This document shows positions 63,601 to 64,000 of a DNA stretch of 64,000 bases, in pieces. Each line of letters begins with the position of its first letter. The first letter of the stretch is position 1. The notes beneath the pieces are model-generated. The model worked only from the letters and a program-made list of their open reading frames with translations. It was not told the DNA's origin and did no database searches. Source of the DNA: Mobula hypostoma (lineage: Eukaryota); contig NC_086108.1 of the NCBI RefSeq assembly GCF_963921235.1, positions 37,388,001 to 37,452,000 of the forward strand, in the 5' to 3' direction. A program made the position numbers and the translations under genes.

Positions 63601-64000
63601 AAAGAGATCCCAATGATCCAGAAATCTGAACTCCTGCCCCCTGCACCAGTTCCTCAGCCACGCATTCACCTGTGAAATCATTCTATTCTTAATCACACTG
63701 GCACGTGCCACAGGCAGCAATCCAGAGGCTGCTACCCTGAAGGTACTGCTTTTTAGCTTTCTACACAACTCCCTAAGTTCTCCCTTCAGAACCTCCTTGC
63801 TTTTCCTACCAATTTCATTGGTGACAGTACGCACCAAGACTTCTGGCTGCTCACCCTTTCCCTTTAGAATGTTGTGGAACCAATCTGAGACGTCCCTGAC
63901 CTTGGCACCTACAAAGCAATATACCATCCGGGTATCTCTATCACATCCATCGAATCTCGAGTCTACTCCTCTAACTATGGAATCCCTTATCACTACTGCA
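60650..64000 (-). mobile_element. Near full-length degraded CR1 LINE in the last KCNT2-like intron, including ORF1 esterase; runs off the window
   Basis: ORF 63502-63993 has SGNH-esterase-like motifs (I.DSIVRG, GAKVRDV, TNEIG, DGL). EN remnants at 63293-63514 and 62554-62886 (SDH), then 61889-62212 and the 3' end at 60746-60973. Confidence 0.92.

Noticed and set aside
1..64000. Prokaryotic systems (CRISPR arrays, operons, retrons, defence islands), tRNA or rRNA genes
   Set aside because: The window is eukaryotic. All RT domains belong to LINE or Gypsy elements, and I saw no regularly spaced repeat array or intact structural RNA gene.

Overview
Repeat-dense vertebrate genomic DNA, most likely a cartilaginous fish (inferred from the mix of CR1, Rex1/Babar, V-SINE/HE1-like and Deu-SINE repeats). 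The only host gene I can support is the last coding exon of a Slo2 sodium-activated K+ channel, most like KCNT2/Slick (minus strand, 59748-59865, below the ORF-track size cut-off). A long, apparently TE-free, AT-rich stretch downstream is its candidate 3' UTR. The rest looks intergenic and is mostly transposon debris: many CR1 copies (one young with an uninterrupted ORF2), Rex1/Babar, RTE, a HERO/NeSL-type RLE element, Penelope remnants, a Chapaev3-like and a Tigger-like DNA transposon, solo LTRs and three Gypsy elements. A four-level nested insertion complex (about 37.9-52.0 kb) has readable target-site duplications. The most interesting signals are RNA structures inside retroelements: a non-circularly permuted hammerhead-like fold with a kink-turn in the HERO-type 3' UTR (561-635, minus), an intact minimal Penelope hammerhead (20131-20168), and a degenerate HDV-like fold at the 5' end of an RTE-derived element (23965-24150). 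All family names come from motif recognition by eye, not database searches.
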